Shown here in pieces: positions 9,136-18,486 of a stretch of 51,054 bases of DNA. The translations under genes and the position numbers were made by a program. The notes under the pieces were generated by a model. It saw nothing but the letters and a program-made list of their open reading frames with translations. It did no database searches and had not been told where the DNA came from. The stretch is taken from contig CAMDRJ010000003.1 in NCBI GenBank assembly GCA_945906755.1, positions 1 to 51,054 of the forward strand, written 5' to 3'. The DNA comes from Klebsiella pneumoniae (GTDB lineage Bacteria > Pseudomonadota > Gammaproteobacteria > Burkholderiales > SG8-39). Within the stretch, counting starts at the first letter, position 1. Each line of letters begins with the position of its first letter.

Positions 9136-10401
9136 ATGACCGTGGTCAATGAAGGTGCAGTGCTGTGGCAACCGGATGTCGAGAAGCGCGATCAGACCCA
9201 GATGGCGCACTACATGCGTTGGCTGGCCGAGAAAAAGGGTCTTCGTTTTCAGTCGTATCAGGCGTTGTGGGAGTGGTCCGCGACCGATATCGAAGGATTC
9301 TGGAGTTCGTTGTGGGAGTACTTTCCGGTGCGCGCCTCCGCGCAGCCGACCACGGTGCTCGACACGCGGCGCATGCCCGGCGCGAAGTGGTTCCCTGGCG
9401 CCAAGCTCAACTATGCTGAACATGCGTTTCGCTACGCATCCGCACAACAGCCTGCCATCATCGCGCAATCCGAAACGCGCGAGCGAACCGAGATCGATTG
9501 GGAAACGCTGCGTGTGCAAGTCGGATCGGTCGCGCAGGCATTGCGGGACATGGGCGTTGTGGCAGGCGATCGCGTTGTCTCGTACATGCCCAATGTGCCG
9601 GAAACCATCATCGCCTTTCTCGCCACGACGAGCCTTGGTGCGATCTGGTCGAGCTGTTCGCCGGACATGGGCGCAGGCGCGGTCATCGATCGGTTCAAGC
9701 AGATCGAACCCAAAGTCCTGTTTGCGGTGGACGGCTATCGCTACGGCGGCAAGGATCATGATCGCAAGGGCGTGATTACCCAGTTGCAGGCAGCGATGCC
9801 CTCGCTCACGAACGTCGTGTTGCTACCGTATCTCGATGTCAATGCGAGCCCGTCACAATTTCCAGGTGGCGTGACGTGGGCGAGCCTGCTTGACCGACGC
9901 GCCATCCTGCAGTTTGCGCAACTCGATTTTGATGCGCCGCTATGGATCGTTTATTCGTCAGGCACCACCGGATTGCCGAAGGCGATCGTCCACGGCCATG
10001 GCGGTGTGCTGATCGAGCATTTGAAGACGATGCTCCTGCATAAAGACATGCGCCCAGGTGATCGGTTCTTTTGGATGTCAAGCACCGGCTGGATCGTGTG
10101 GAATCTCTTGGTGAGCGGGCTGCTGGCCGGCTCGACGCTGGTTCTCTACGACGGCAACCCTGCGTATCCAGACTGGAGCACGCTCTGGCGCTTCGCATCG
10201 GAAACCAAGACCAACGTGTTCGGCGCAGGCGCAGCGTTCTTTAACTCATGCATGAAGGCCGGCCTCACGCCCGCCAAATCGTTTGATCTTTCCGCATTGC
10301 GACAGATTGGCTCCACCGGGTCACCGCTCACCGTCGAGAACTATGCGTGGGTCTACGCGTCGGTAAAGCAAGATGTGTGGCTTGCATCGATCAGCGGATA
10401 A
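9136..10401 (+). pseudogene. Acetoacetate-CoA ligase, 3'-truncated
   Basis: WFPGAKLNYAE, WSSCSPDMG, YSSGTTGLPK and STGSPL motifs. Stops at ASISG* in the middle of the conserved SISGGTD motif (421 aa vs about 650). No continuation visible downstream. Confidence 0.85.
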
Positions 10402-10510
10402 GGGCATTACGGTAACAAACTAAAAGGCGCCTGAGTGAAAGTGGTGTCGCCCAACATCTCGCTCGACACGGAAACGAAAAGGGCTACATCCAGCGCCCGG
10501 TGTCAGGCCT

Positions 10511-10631
10511 CAATGCTGTTCGTTTAAGGAAAGCCGTCGCCCCCGCGAAGGCGGGGGCCCAGTGCGGCCTTACAGATTTCTCTGGATTTTCGCCTTCGCG
10601 GACTGGCAAGCTCTTTAAGCGAACAGCATTG
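10511..10631. mobile_element. 121-bp MITE-like element with 17-bp terminal inverted repeats and 10-bp target-site duplication
   Basis: IRs CAATGCTGTTCGTTTAA (10511-10527) and TTAAGCGAACAGCATTG (10615-10631), 1 mismatch; exact flanking direct repeat TGTCAGGCCT at 10501-10510 and 10632-10641. Confidence 0.85.
10536..10601. repeat. REP-like palindrome pair inside the MITE
   Basis: GTCGCCCCCGCGAAGGCGGGGGCCCAG (10536-10562) and a degenerate inverted partner CTGGATTTTCGCCTTCGCGG (10582-10601). Confidence 0.6.
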
Positions 10632-10902
10632 TGTCAGGCCTTGCTTATTGCATCGAGGAGACGCCCTCGACGATGCGCGGTTGACGACACTCGGTTGATT
10701 TGTGTGTTGCCGCTGTGCCGCTCCGGCGCCGTGACGGAATCCGGAATGACTCAATCCGCGGAACCGCCGCATATGTGACTCGTTCGTGTGTAGTGTGGGC
10801 GTTGCGCCTTGACGCTTTCCACGATCGCGATTAGCGCTAAGAAAGCGGCGGCCATCGGGCGAGGGTAAACTGGAAACGAGCCGATCCTTTCGAGGAAATC
10901 CA

Positions 10903-11112
10903 ATGATAGACGTCAACACTCTGAGCCGAGACGAGCAGCTTGAGCTCCTCGAACAGCTATGGGAATGCTTATCGTCAACCCCACAATCAATTCCGATGAC
11001 CGACGCGCAACGTGAAGAACTCGATCGACGACTTGATGAGCTTGACCGCGAAGGTCCGGTCGGTATCGCGGCCGAGGAAGTGTTGGGGCGGCTGCACTCG
11101 CATCGAGAGTGA
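10903..11112 (+). CDS. Putative addiction module antitoxin component (TIGR02574-like)
   Basis: 69 aa, LSRDEQLELLEQLWE...QREELDRR pattern; GAGG RBS; overlaps a RelE/ParE remnant. Confidence 0.8.
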   Translation: MIDVNTLSRDEQLELLEQLWECLSSTPQSIPMTDAQREELDRRLDELDREGPVGIAAEEVLGRLHSHRE

Positions 11113-11254
11113 AAGCCATAATCATTCGGCCGGCCGCGCTTTGATGCGCAGGTTCCCGTATGGGGTCTTCTACCGAGACATGGCGCAATTCATTGTGGTC
11201 GTCGCATGTATGCATGTTCGTCGCCAACCAAAACGCTGGCAATCGCGAAGCTGA
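11109..11254 (+). pseudogene. RelE/ParE toxin with internal frameshifting deletion
   Basis: GTG at 11109 gives MKAIIIRPAA, then a stop. The C-terminal RALMRRFPYGVFY...ACMHVRRQPKRWQSRS* follows at once in another frame. Confidence 0.75.
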
Positions 11255-11567
11255 CGGCTAAAATTGCCTCGAAGGTTGCTCCAGCGCATGATTCGAGGAT
11301 GATCTTGTACAAAGATAGGCAGCACATTCCCGCGTTGACTAGCGTAGGAAGTTGCCACCATGATGGTCAGCACATATTTGGCCTCCGTCCTCAGCGGACT
11401 CGGTTTGAAATTGGTTGAGGGCGTTGGCCCGACAGGTCAAGACGGCACTGCAAACCCATGCAGAAGGTGATGGAGCGGCTACGCCTGATGAAATCGATAG
11501 GGTCATGCCGCAGCGATCGGTTCGGCGTTTTCTCAGGGACACAATCTCGCATAGAATCCCTCACAGC

Positions 11568-12728
11568 ATGGACACCATCGCCAGCATTGAAACCCTTCTC
11601 GTCGCCGTACCCACGCGCCGCGAGCACAAGTGGACCGGACTCACCGAACCCATCGGCCGTTATGTCCTCACCAAACTGACCGATTCGTCCGGTCGCGTCG
11701 GCTGGGGTGAAGCGCCGGCACTCAAGGATTGGGGCGGCGAGTTCGGCCGCTACTTCGGCGAGTCGCACAGCATCGCGCGGCTGGTCATCGCGAATTATCT
11801 TGCCCCTGCGGTACGCGGTATGCCGCTTGGCGATTTCGTCGAACTGCATCGGCGAATGGATGCAATCGTGAAAGGCTATCCCTATGCGAAAGCCGCCGTC
11901 GAGTTCGCGTACTACGACCTTACAGCGCGCGAGCTTGGTGTGCCTGCCTACACGCTCCTTGGCGGGCGGGCGCGCGATCGCATACCGGTCACCCATTCCA
12001 TCGGACTGCTTGGCATTGATGAAGCGGTGAATGAATGCGCGCAAGTCGTGAAGGAAGGCATTCGTACCATCAAGATCAAGGTCGGACAGACGCCCAAACA
12101 CGATGTGGAGATCGTGCGCCGGATTCGCGAGGCGGTTGGACCGGACATCGACTTGTGCGTCGATGCAAACGAAGGCTATGCCACGCCCGGTGAGGCGATT
12201 CGAACGATTCGTGCGATGGAAGCCTACGGCCTCAAATACGCCGAGCAGCCGGTGATGGGAATCGAGCGGCTCGCCGAAGTCTCCCGCGCGATCGACACGC
12301 CCGTCATGGCCGATGAAAGCGCATGGAATGCCCACGATGTGGTGCAGATCATCGAACAGCGCGCGGCCGAAATCGTATCGATCTACACCACCAAGCCGGG
12401 CGGGCTGTACAAGGCAATGGAAGTGGCCGCGGTTTGTCGCGCAGCGGGCATCATCTGCAATGTGAATGGATCGGTTGAGCTGGGTGTGGGCAACCGCGCC
12501 AACATCACGCTGGCAGCGGCTGCGCCTGCGGTCACGCTGTCGTGCGTGGTACCGGTCTCGACGCCCGCCGAACACCTTGCCGGTCGCATGGGCGGCATCT
12601 ATTATCGAGACGACCTGCTGGCCGCGCCGATGCGATTCGTGGACGGTGCAATCGAAGTGCCGGATACACCGGGGCTTGGGATCGCGGTGGACGAGGCGAA
12701 GATCGAGCAGTATCGGGTTGCAGACTAG
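11568..12728 (+). CDS. Mandelate racemase/muconate lactonizing enzyme family protein (MLE subgroup)
   Basis: GWGEA, KIKVG, metal ligands in DANEG, EQP and DES, and PGLG motifs. Confidence 0.88.
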   Translation: MDTIASIETLLVAVPTRREHKWTGLTEPIGRYVLTKLTDSSGRVGWGEAPALKDWGGEFGRYFGESHSIARLVIANYLAPAVRGMPLGDFVELHRRMDAIVKGYPYAKAAVEFAYYDLTARELGVPAYTLLGGRARDRIPVTHSIGLLGIDEAVNECAQVVKEGIRTIKIKVGQTPKHDVEIVRRIREAVGPDIDLCVDANEGYATPGEAIRTIRAMEAYGLKYAEQPVMGIERLAEVSRAIDTPVMADESAWNAHDVVQIIEQRAAEIVSIYTTKPGGLYKAMEVAAVCRAAGIICNVNGSVELGVGNRANITLAAAAPAVTLSCVVPVSTPAEHLAGRMGGIYYRDDLLAAPMRFVDGAIEVPDTPGLGIAVDEAKIEQYRVAD

Positions 12729-12883
12729 CCTCGAAAATTTACCGCGGAGGAAGCGGAGGTAACGGAGGGAGAATTGGGTCGTGGTGTAGGTGCCAAGTAC
12801 GCACGTCATGATCGGACGATGCATCTTCGCGTGCCCCTTCGACGCGCAGGCAAAGAGCCCAACTGGTCAAAAAAACTACAAGC

Positions 12884-13270
12884 TCATACCTTCCGAATAC
12901 CCTCACCATATCGTGCTACTGTCTTGTCGGCCGTAAGGAGCGTCAATCCCTCCACGCGAGCCTGTGCGATGAGAATTCGATCGAATGGGTCCCGGTGCAG
13001 AGGCGGGAGATCGTTCACCGCGACGGTGTGTTCGCTGGTGACAGCCAATTCGCGGTAGCCATTGACCAGCAGCATGCGCCATAGTCGGCGCGGGTCGACA
13101 ATGAAGTCGGCGCGATCCAGCCCGTTCTTAATGCTGATCTCCCACAAGCTGGCGGCACTGAATACGAGTTGATTAGCAGGATCAAGCAATAACGTGCGTG
13201 TTCTGGCAGACAGCCGCTGCGGCTCGCTCGCAGACCATAGTACAAGGTGTGTGTCGAGCAACAGGTTCAA
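12884..13270 (-). CDS. vapC: PIN-domain toxin (VapC)
   Basis: LLLDTH, ASLWEISIK, HRDPFDRILIAQA and LLTAD motifs. Confidence 0.92.
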   Translation of the reverse strand: MNLLLDTHLVLWSASEPQRLSARTRTLLLDPANQLVFSAASLWEISIKNGLDRADFIVDPRRLWRMLLVNGYRELAVTSEHTVAVNDLPPLHRDPFDRILIAQARVEGLTLLTADKTVARYGEGIRKV

Positions 13271-13515
13271 GCCTTGCGCCCCGCAAACAGTTTTTCTATT
13301 TCATCCGCGCCCATACGGTCGAAATCATCCGGCACGGTAAATTCGCCCGCCATGAAACCCAAGCGGCCGGCGGTTCCCACCTTCGCAGGTGTCAGTGGGA
13401 TGACCTTGACCATCGGCTTGCCCGCCTTGGCGATGATGAACGCCTCGCCGCGAGCGGCCTGCTCCACCAGCTTGGAAAGCCGGGTTTTGGCATCGTGAAT
13501 ATTGACGGTAAGCAT
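13267..13515 (-). CDS. Phd/YefM-family antitoxin
   Basis: VNIHDAKTRLSKLVE...IIAKAGKP; overlaps vapC by 4 bp. Confidence 0.92.
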   Translation of the reverse strand: MLTVNIHDAKTRLSKLVEQAARGEAFIIAKAGKPMVKVIPLTPAKVGTAGRLGFMAGEFTVPDDFDRMGADEIEKLFAGRKA

Positions 13516-13529
13516 GGCGCCCCCATTGA

Positions 13530-13545
13530 ACTAACCGAGGTTAGT
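13530..13545. promoter_or_regulatory. Palindromic operator upstream of the Phd-PIN operon
   Basis: Perfect inverted repeat ACTAACC-GA-GGTTAGT about 15 bp upstream of the antitoxin start. Confidence 0.6.
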
Positions 13546-13759
13546 CTACATGTTGCAAACCAAATGGCAAGCAAAGCTGTGGCGAATCGGAGGATCCGGT
13601 CAAGTCGTACCGATTCTCCGGGGGCCGGCGTGGCCGCGCCCCATCGTTGGGGTGACGTTTCCAATGCGCCACCAGATCGGCCTTGCCGGTGTCCTCCACC
13701 ACGCCGTTGTTGCCATGCCGGTCTATGCCAAAATGCGTTATCCATAGAAGGACTAAGCC

Positions 13760-14893
13760 TTGAGACCAGACATCCTCACCCGCGTCACCGCCGCCGCCAA
13801 ACAACACGGCGTGGACGCCTTTGTGACCTGCTCGCCCGAGAATTTCGGCTATCTCACCGGATTCATCGTTCCTTCGCAGCCGCTCATGCGACATCGGCAT
13901 GCGATGGCGATCGTCACCGCAAGCGGTGAATCAGCGATTCTTGGTGTCGATATGGAGGCGACCACGATCGGCCGGCGCGCGCCCGCGACCCGCACGAAGA
14001 TCTGGGCCGAGTTCGACGACAACTGCATCGCATCGCTCGCCGAACTATTGCGCGAGATGGGGCTTGCAAGCGCGAAGATCGGCATTGAGCTGGATTACTT
14101 GCCGGCCAGCGATTTCGTCAAGCTGCGTGAGGCGCTGCCCACCGCCAATCTCGTGCCGAATCAACAAATCTTCGCGCGCCTGCGCCAGATCAAGACGGCG
14201 GACGAGATCGCCCTCCTGCGACGCTTGTCACGCATCGCCGATCAAGCGATCACCGATGCCCTGCGGTCCGTGCGGGCCGGCGATACCGAGATGGACCTTG
14301 CCGGCCACCTGACCCGCAACGTATACGCGCTTGGCGCCGAGCAATTCAAGTTGATGATCGTCGCCACCGGTGAGCGCAGCGAACTGCCCAATGTCGGCCC
14401 GACCGAGCGAAAGCTTCAATCGGGTGATGTGTGCCGAGTCGAAATTTTCCCAATCATCGCGGGCTACCATGCGGGCGTATGCCGCACCGCCGTCGTGCAG
14501 AAAGCGCCGCCCCATGCCGAGCGCATCTGGAAGCACCTGGTCGACTGTAAATACCAACTGCTTGAACAGACGCGGCCGGGCGCCAGTTGCGAAGCGATCT
14601 ACGATACCTTCATCAAGAAGCTCGCCGAGTTGAATCTGCCGCCGATCTCATTCGTCGGCCACGGCATCGGCCTCTTCTTGCATGAGGACCCCTATCTTGG
14701 CAAGACACCGGAGATCGGGCGCACGGGCGACGCACAGCTTGAAGAGGGCATGGTCCTTGGCTTCGAGCCGCTTTGTTATCGCACCGGCCATGGCTTCGGG
14801 ATGCAGTTGAAGGATATGTTGGTAGTAACCAGCAAGGGTTGCGAAGTCCTGTCGGACTATTGCTCGAATGATGCATTGATCGTGGTGCAATAG
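13760..14893 (+). CDS. M24 (pita-bread fold) Xaa-Pro peptidase/creatinase-like protein
   Basis: RQIKTADEI, GHGIGLFLHEDP and GMVLGFEP motifs; N-terminal creatinase-type domain. Confidence 0.85.
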   Translation: MRPDILTRVTAAAKQHGVDAFVTCSPENFGYLTGFIVPSQPLMRHRHAMAIVTASGESAILGVDMEATTIGRRAPATRTKIWAEFDDNCIASLAELLREMGLASAKIGIELDYLPASDFVKLREALPTANLVPNQQIFARLRQIKTADEIALLRRLSRIADQAITDALRSVRAGDTEMDLAGHLTRNVYALGAEQFKLMIVATGERSELPNVGPTERKLQSGDVCRVEIFPIIAGYHAGVCRTAVVQKAPPHAERIWKHLVDCKYQLLEQTRPGASCEAIYDTFIKKLAELNLPPISFVGHGIGLFLHEDPYLGKTPEIGRTGDAQLEEGMVLGFEPLCYRTGHGFGMQLKDMLVVTSKGCEVLSDYCSNDALIVVQ

Positions 14894-14900
14894 GCCGATC

Positions 14901-15986
14901 ATGCGTGTCGCCGTTATAGGTGCGGGTGCCGGCGGTGCGGCAGCGGTCGCGGAGCTGAGTATTGCCGGACACATCGTCACACTGTGGAATCGCAGCGCGG
15001 CCACCCTCGCGCCGTTTATTGCGTTGGGCGGCGTCGAATACGAAGGGGTGCTTGGTGCGGGAATTGCGAAACCCGCTTTGATAACCCCGAATCTGGCAGA
15101 GGCGATCGACAAGGCCGACGTCGCCCTCGTTTGCCTGCCTACGATCTCGCACGACAGCGTCGCGCGGTCCCTCGCGCAGTTGCGCGCCGACCGGTTGCCG
15201 GTTGTCCTCAATCCCGGGCATACCGGCGGCGCCCTCGAATTTCGCGAAAGCTATCGGCTTGCAGGTGGTGGTACCACCCCGCCGATCGCTGAATTTCACA
15301 CGCTCTCTTACATCGCTCGCAAGTACGCACCGGCGAAGGTCACGATTACCGGCAAAGCGAAATTTCTTCGCCTGGGCGTATTACCCGGTGGCGATGCCGC
15401 GGCCGGCGCCGCGCGGTTGCTCTATCCGGTTGCGCACGCAGTCGGCGATGTTCTCAATTCGAGCCTGGCGAATCTGAACATGACGTTGCACGCACCGGGC
15501 GCGGTGCTTGGTGCGGCGTGGATCGAATCAACGCGCGGCGATTTCACGTTCTATGTGCAGGGTATGACCCCAGGGGTGACGCGCGTGATGCAGGCCCTCG
15601 ACGATGAACGCCTCGCGGTGGCTCGCGCATTCGGGCACGCGTTGTTGCCACTGGGTGCGGAAATGCAAAAATACGGGACAGTTGAACCGTATGTGACTGA
15701 CACGACGGATCTGGTGGGTGCGATCGCCAGCGGCGAGGCGAACAAAAAGATCAAGGCCCCCGATTCATTGCGGCATCGCTACTATCTGGAAGATTTCGGG
15801 CATGGCCTGGTACCCTTCATTGCGCTGGGAGAGGCAGCAGGCGTACCGACACCGGTTGCCAAAGCACTGCTCGACCTTGGCTCAACCTTGACCGGCGTGG
15901 ATTTTCGTCAATCCGGTCGCACGGCGCAGAAAATGGGCATCGCGGGGTTGGATCGAGATGGCGTACTGAAAGCGGTAAGGAAATAG
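14901..15986 (+). CDS. NAD/NADP octopine/nopaline (opine) dehydrogenase family protein
   Basis: GAGAGG Rossmann motif, LNPGHTGGA, NMTLH, LDDERLAV and RYYLED motifs. Confidence 0.85.
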   Translation: MRVAVIGAGAGGAAAVAELSIAGHIVTLWNRSAATLAPFIALGGVEYEGVLGAGIAKPALITPNLAEAIDKADVALVCLPTISHDSVARSLAQLRADRLPVVLNPGHTGGALEFRESYRLAGGGTTPPIAEFHTLSYIARKYAPAKVTITGKAKFLRLGVLPGGDAAAGAARLLYPVAHAVGDVLNSSLANLNMTLHAPGAVLGAAWIESTRGDFTFYVQGMTPGVTRVMQALDDERLAVARAFGHALLPLGAEMQKYGTVEPYVTDTTDLVGAIASGEANKKIKAPDSLRHRYYLEDFGHGLVPFIALGEAAGVPTPVAKALLDLGSTLTGVDFRQSGRTAQKMGIAGLDRDGVLKAVRK

Positions 15987-15995
15987 GAACCCACC

Positions 15996-16985
15996 ATGCC
16001 CATCCCAATCGGTGTCAGCTTCGACGGTTTTTGCTCCTTTGCCGATTCACTCACCATCGCACGTGAAGCGGAGGATGCCGGCGCCGCCAGTCTGTGGATG
16101 GCCGAGCATCTTGGCTATCGCGACTCGCTCGGTTCATGCATGGCATTTGCGATGGCGACCAAGCGTGTTGGCATCGTGCCCACTGCTATCAGTCCTTATC
16201 TGCGCAATCCGACGCCCTTGGCAATGGCGATGGCCACGCTTGCCGAAGCAGCACCCGGCCGCGCACGCATTGCGCTTGGGATCGGCAATCCGCTCTTTCT
16301 CGGTGAATCGGGCGTTCGCATCGACAAGCCGGTGCGTGCGCTGCGCGAGTATGTCGAGGCGCTGCGCGGTCTGTGGAGCGGCGAGCCGGTGCATCAGCCA
16401 GAGGCGATGCTCCACCGGCTGGACGGCGCGCGCATGATGTTCCGACCACCCGCGCCGATCCCGATTTATCTTGCGCCGATGAAGGAGCAGAACCTGCGAC
16501 TGGCGGGCACCTCCGCGGATGGCGTGGTGCTGTCGGCGGGCTTGTCGCCTGAATACGCGCGCGTCTCGCTCGATTTCGTCGCAGCCGGTGCTCGATCGGT
16601 TGGGCGTGCGCCCAGTGCCGTTGGCCGCGCAGCGTATATTTTTTTCATGGCCGCACGGGACACGCGCGACGCGCTGGAGAAATCGCGCCGCAAGCTTGCG
16701 TTCGTGCTGCGCAATCGTTTCCTCGACGAGAGCATCGCGCATTCAAAGATCCCGATCGATCAGGCGGCGATCATCGATGCCATCGGCAAGCGCGATCTGG
16801 AGCGTGCGGCCTGCCTTGTCCCGGACGAAGCGGTGGAGGCATTCACGGTCTTCGGGACCCAACAGCAATGTGCCGATCGATTACAACGATACATCGACGC
16901 CGGCATCGATGAACCGGTATTGTTGCTGGTCGGCGAACCGGCCGATCGCGCCGAATCGCTCGCCGTGATACGCGCATTTCAATAG
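15996..16985 (+). CDS. LLM-class flavin-dependent oxidoreductase
   Basis: LWMAEH, SPYLRNP...ATLAE, GRARIALGIG and ADGVVL motifs. Confidence 0.85.
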   Translation: MPIPIGVSFDGFCSFADSLTIAREAEDAGAASLWMAEHLGYRDSLGSCMAFAMATKRVGIVPTAISPYLRNPTPLAMAMATLAEAAPGRARIALGIGNPLFLGESGVRIDKPVRALREYVEALRGLWSGEPVHQPEAMLHRLDGARMMFRPPAPIPIYLAPMKEQNLRLAGTSADGVVLSAGLSPEYARVSLDFVAAGARSVGRAPSAVGRAAYIFFMAARDTRDALEKSRRKLAFVLRNRFLDESIAHSKIPIDQAAIIDAIGKRDLERAACLVPDEAVEAFTVFGTQQQCADRLQRYIDAGIDEPVLLLVGEPADRAESLAVIRAFQ

Positions 16986-16996
16986 GAGATCGCATC

Positions 16997-17977
16997 ATGA
17001 ATCGCATGCTTGGCACCCTCATTCGCTTTGCCGCCGCTGTCGCCGGATCACTCTGCGTATTCGGTATGGCGAACGCGCAGACATTCCCGTCGCAACCGAT
17101 CACGCTGGTCGTGCCTTGGCCACCGGGTGGCGGCAGTGACATCGCGATGCGCCTGGTCGCCGATGCGGCAACGAAAAAAATGGGCGTGCCGGTCGTCGTG
17201 ATCAATAAGCCGGGGGCGGGCGGCACCATTGGGCTAAAAGAGGTCGCGTCATCAAAACCGGATGGCTATACGCTAGGCATGATCGCCACCGGCGCGGTGT
17301 TCGCGCAATACAACAACCCAAATGCGACCGCGATTGCCGATTTCGATCTCATCGCGTTCTTCGGCGATGACCCATCGTTGCTGACCGCCAGCGCGAAATC
17401 CGGCATCAAGTCGATCGCGGAGTTCGTGGCCGCCGCCAAGGCAGCGCCGGGCAAGCTGAAGAACGGCAATGATCAGCCGGGCGGCTCCTCTTACATTACC
17501 GCCGCACTGATGGAGAAGAAGCTCGATGTGCGTCTGATCAAGGTGCCGTATGCAGGTTTCGCCCCCACCGTTCAAGCACTGCTTTCAGGTGAAATCGATA
17601 CGGTTACCGTCCCTGCGCCCGATGTCGTGCAGCATCAGAAATCCGGCGCGGTGCGCATTCTCGCGGTGGCCGGCACCGAACGCCATTTCCTCGCCCCGGA
17701 GGTGCCCACCTTTCGCGAACAGGGCATCGATTTCGTTGCCGGTGCGTGGCGCGTGATCGCAGGCCCCAAAGGCATTCCAGCGGATCGGCTGGCGCTCCTT
17801 GAAACGAAACTGCTCGAGACGATGCGCGATAAGGAATTCCAGGAGAAAGCCAAGGGCGCCGGATTTATCGTCCAGCCCCTTGGCCGGACCGCCACCATCA
17901 AGCGGCTCACCGACGAGGACAGCGCCATGTATCCGGTGTTTCTTGAAGCGGGGTTGGTGAAGGCGCGGCAGAAGTAG
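16997..17977 (+). CDS. tctC: Tripartite tricarboxylate transporter substrate-binding protein (Bug/TctC)
   Basis: Signal peptide; VPWPPGGGSD, NKPGAGG, PDGYTL and VPYAG motifs. Confidence 0.9.
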   Translation: MNRMLGTLIRFAAAVAGSLCVFGMANAQTFPSQPITLVVPWPPGGGSDIAMRLVADAATKKMGVPVVVINKPGAGGTIGLKEVASSKPDGYTLGMIATGAVFAQYNNPNATAIADFDLIAFFGDDPSLLTASAKSGIKSIAEFVAAAKAAPGKLKNGNDQPGGSSYITAALMEKKLDVRLIKVPYAGFAPTVQALLSGEIDTVTVPAPDVVQHQKSGAVRILAVAGTERHFLAPEVPTFREQGIDFVAGAWRVIAGPKGIPADRLALLETKLLETMRDKEFQEKAKGAGFIVQPLGRTATIKRLTDEDSAMYPVFLEAGLVKARQK

Positions 17978-18011
17978 CGATCATCGGCTGCTACGCTAAC
18001 GACCACGGGTG

Positions 18012-18476
18012 ATGCGCGCGCGTCTCTTAAGGCACGGTAACGAAGACGTTGTCGCCGGGCTCGTCTTCATTGTTTTTGGTATGGCCGGACTCTGGTTTGG
18101 TCGAAACCTGAGTGTCGGCAGTGCCAACGATATGGGGGCGGGGTTCTTCCCTTTGGTGATGTCCGTTGCGCTGATCGGCCTTGGGGTGGCGATTGCGGCA
18201 AGCGGCATCTGGCGCGGTGCCGCAAGCATCGACCGCATCGCATGGCGCGCACCAGTCCTTATTACTGCTGCGGTCCTCGCATTTGCCGCGACGCTGGAAG
18301 CGCTGGGCGTGGTCATCGCGGTCGCTCTGTGTGTGGGCACCGCGAGCTTCGCGGGCAGCGTCCGGCGAATTGGCAAAGTGCTCGCCTTGGCCGCGATCCT
18401 TGCCGTCGTTGTCCTTGCGGTATTCGTTTGGGGACTCGGCCTCCCCTTGCGCGCCATGCCCGCCTGGCTTCATTAG
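18012..18476 (+). CDS. tctB: Tripartite tricarboxylate transporter TctB
   Basis: Small 4-5 TM protein with MGAGFFP and C-terminal FVWGLGLPL, between tctC and tctA. Confidence 0.85.
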   Translation: MRARLLRHGNEDVVAGLVFIVFGMAGLWFGRNLSVGSANDMGAGFFPLVMSVALIGLGVAIAASGIWRGAASIDRIAWRAPVLITAAVLAFAATLEALGVVIAVALCVGTASFAGSVRRIGKVLALAAILAVVVLAVFVWGLGLPLRAMPAWLH

Positions 18477-18486
18477 CGCAGCGCGC

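Noticed and set aside
10402-11567. Complete integron or cassette array
   Set aside because: No integrase, no attI and only one partial attC-like arm; no full attC could be read next to the TA loci.
12740-12770. ACCGCGGAGGAAGCGGAGGTAACGGAGG purine-rich 9-bp periodic repeat
   Set aside because: Resembles half of a dispersed repeat, but there is no inverted partner or second copy in the window.
14901-15986. Opine metallophore (staphylopine/pseudopaline) biosynthesis
   Set aside because: No CntL nicotianamine synthase-like gene or metal receptor in the cluster.
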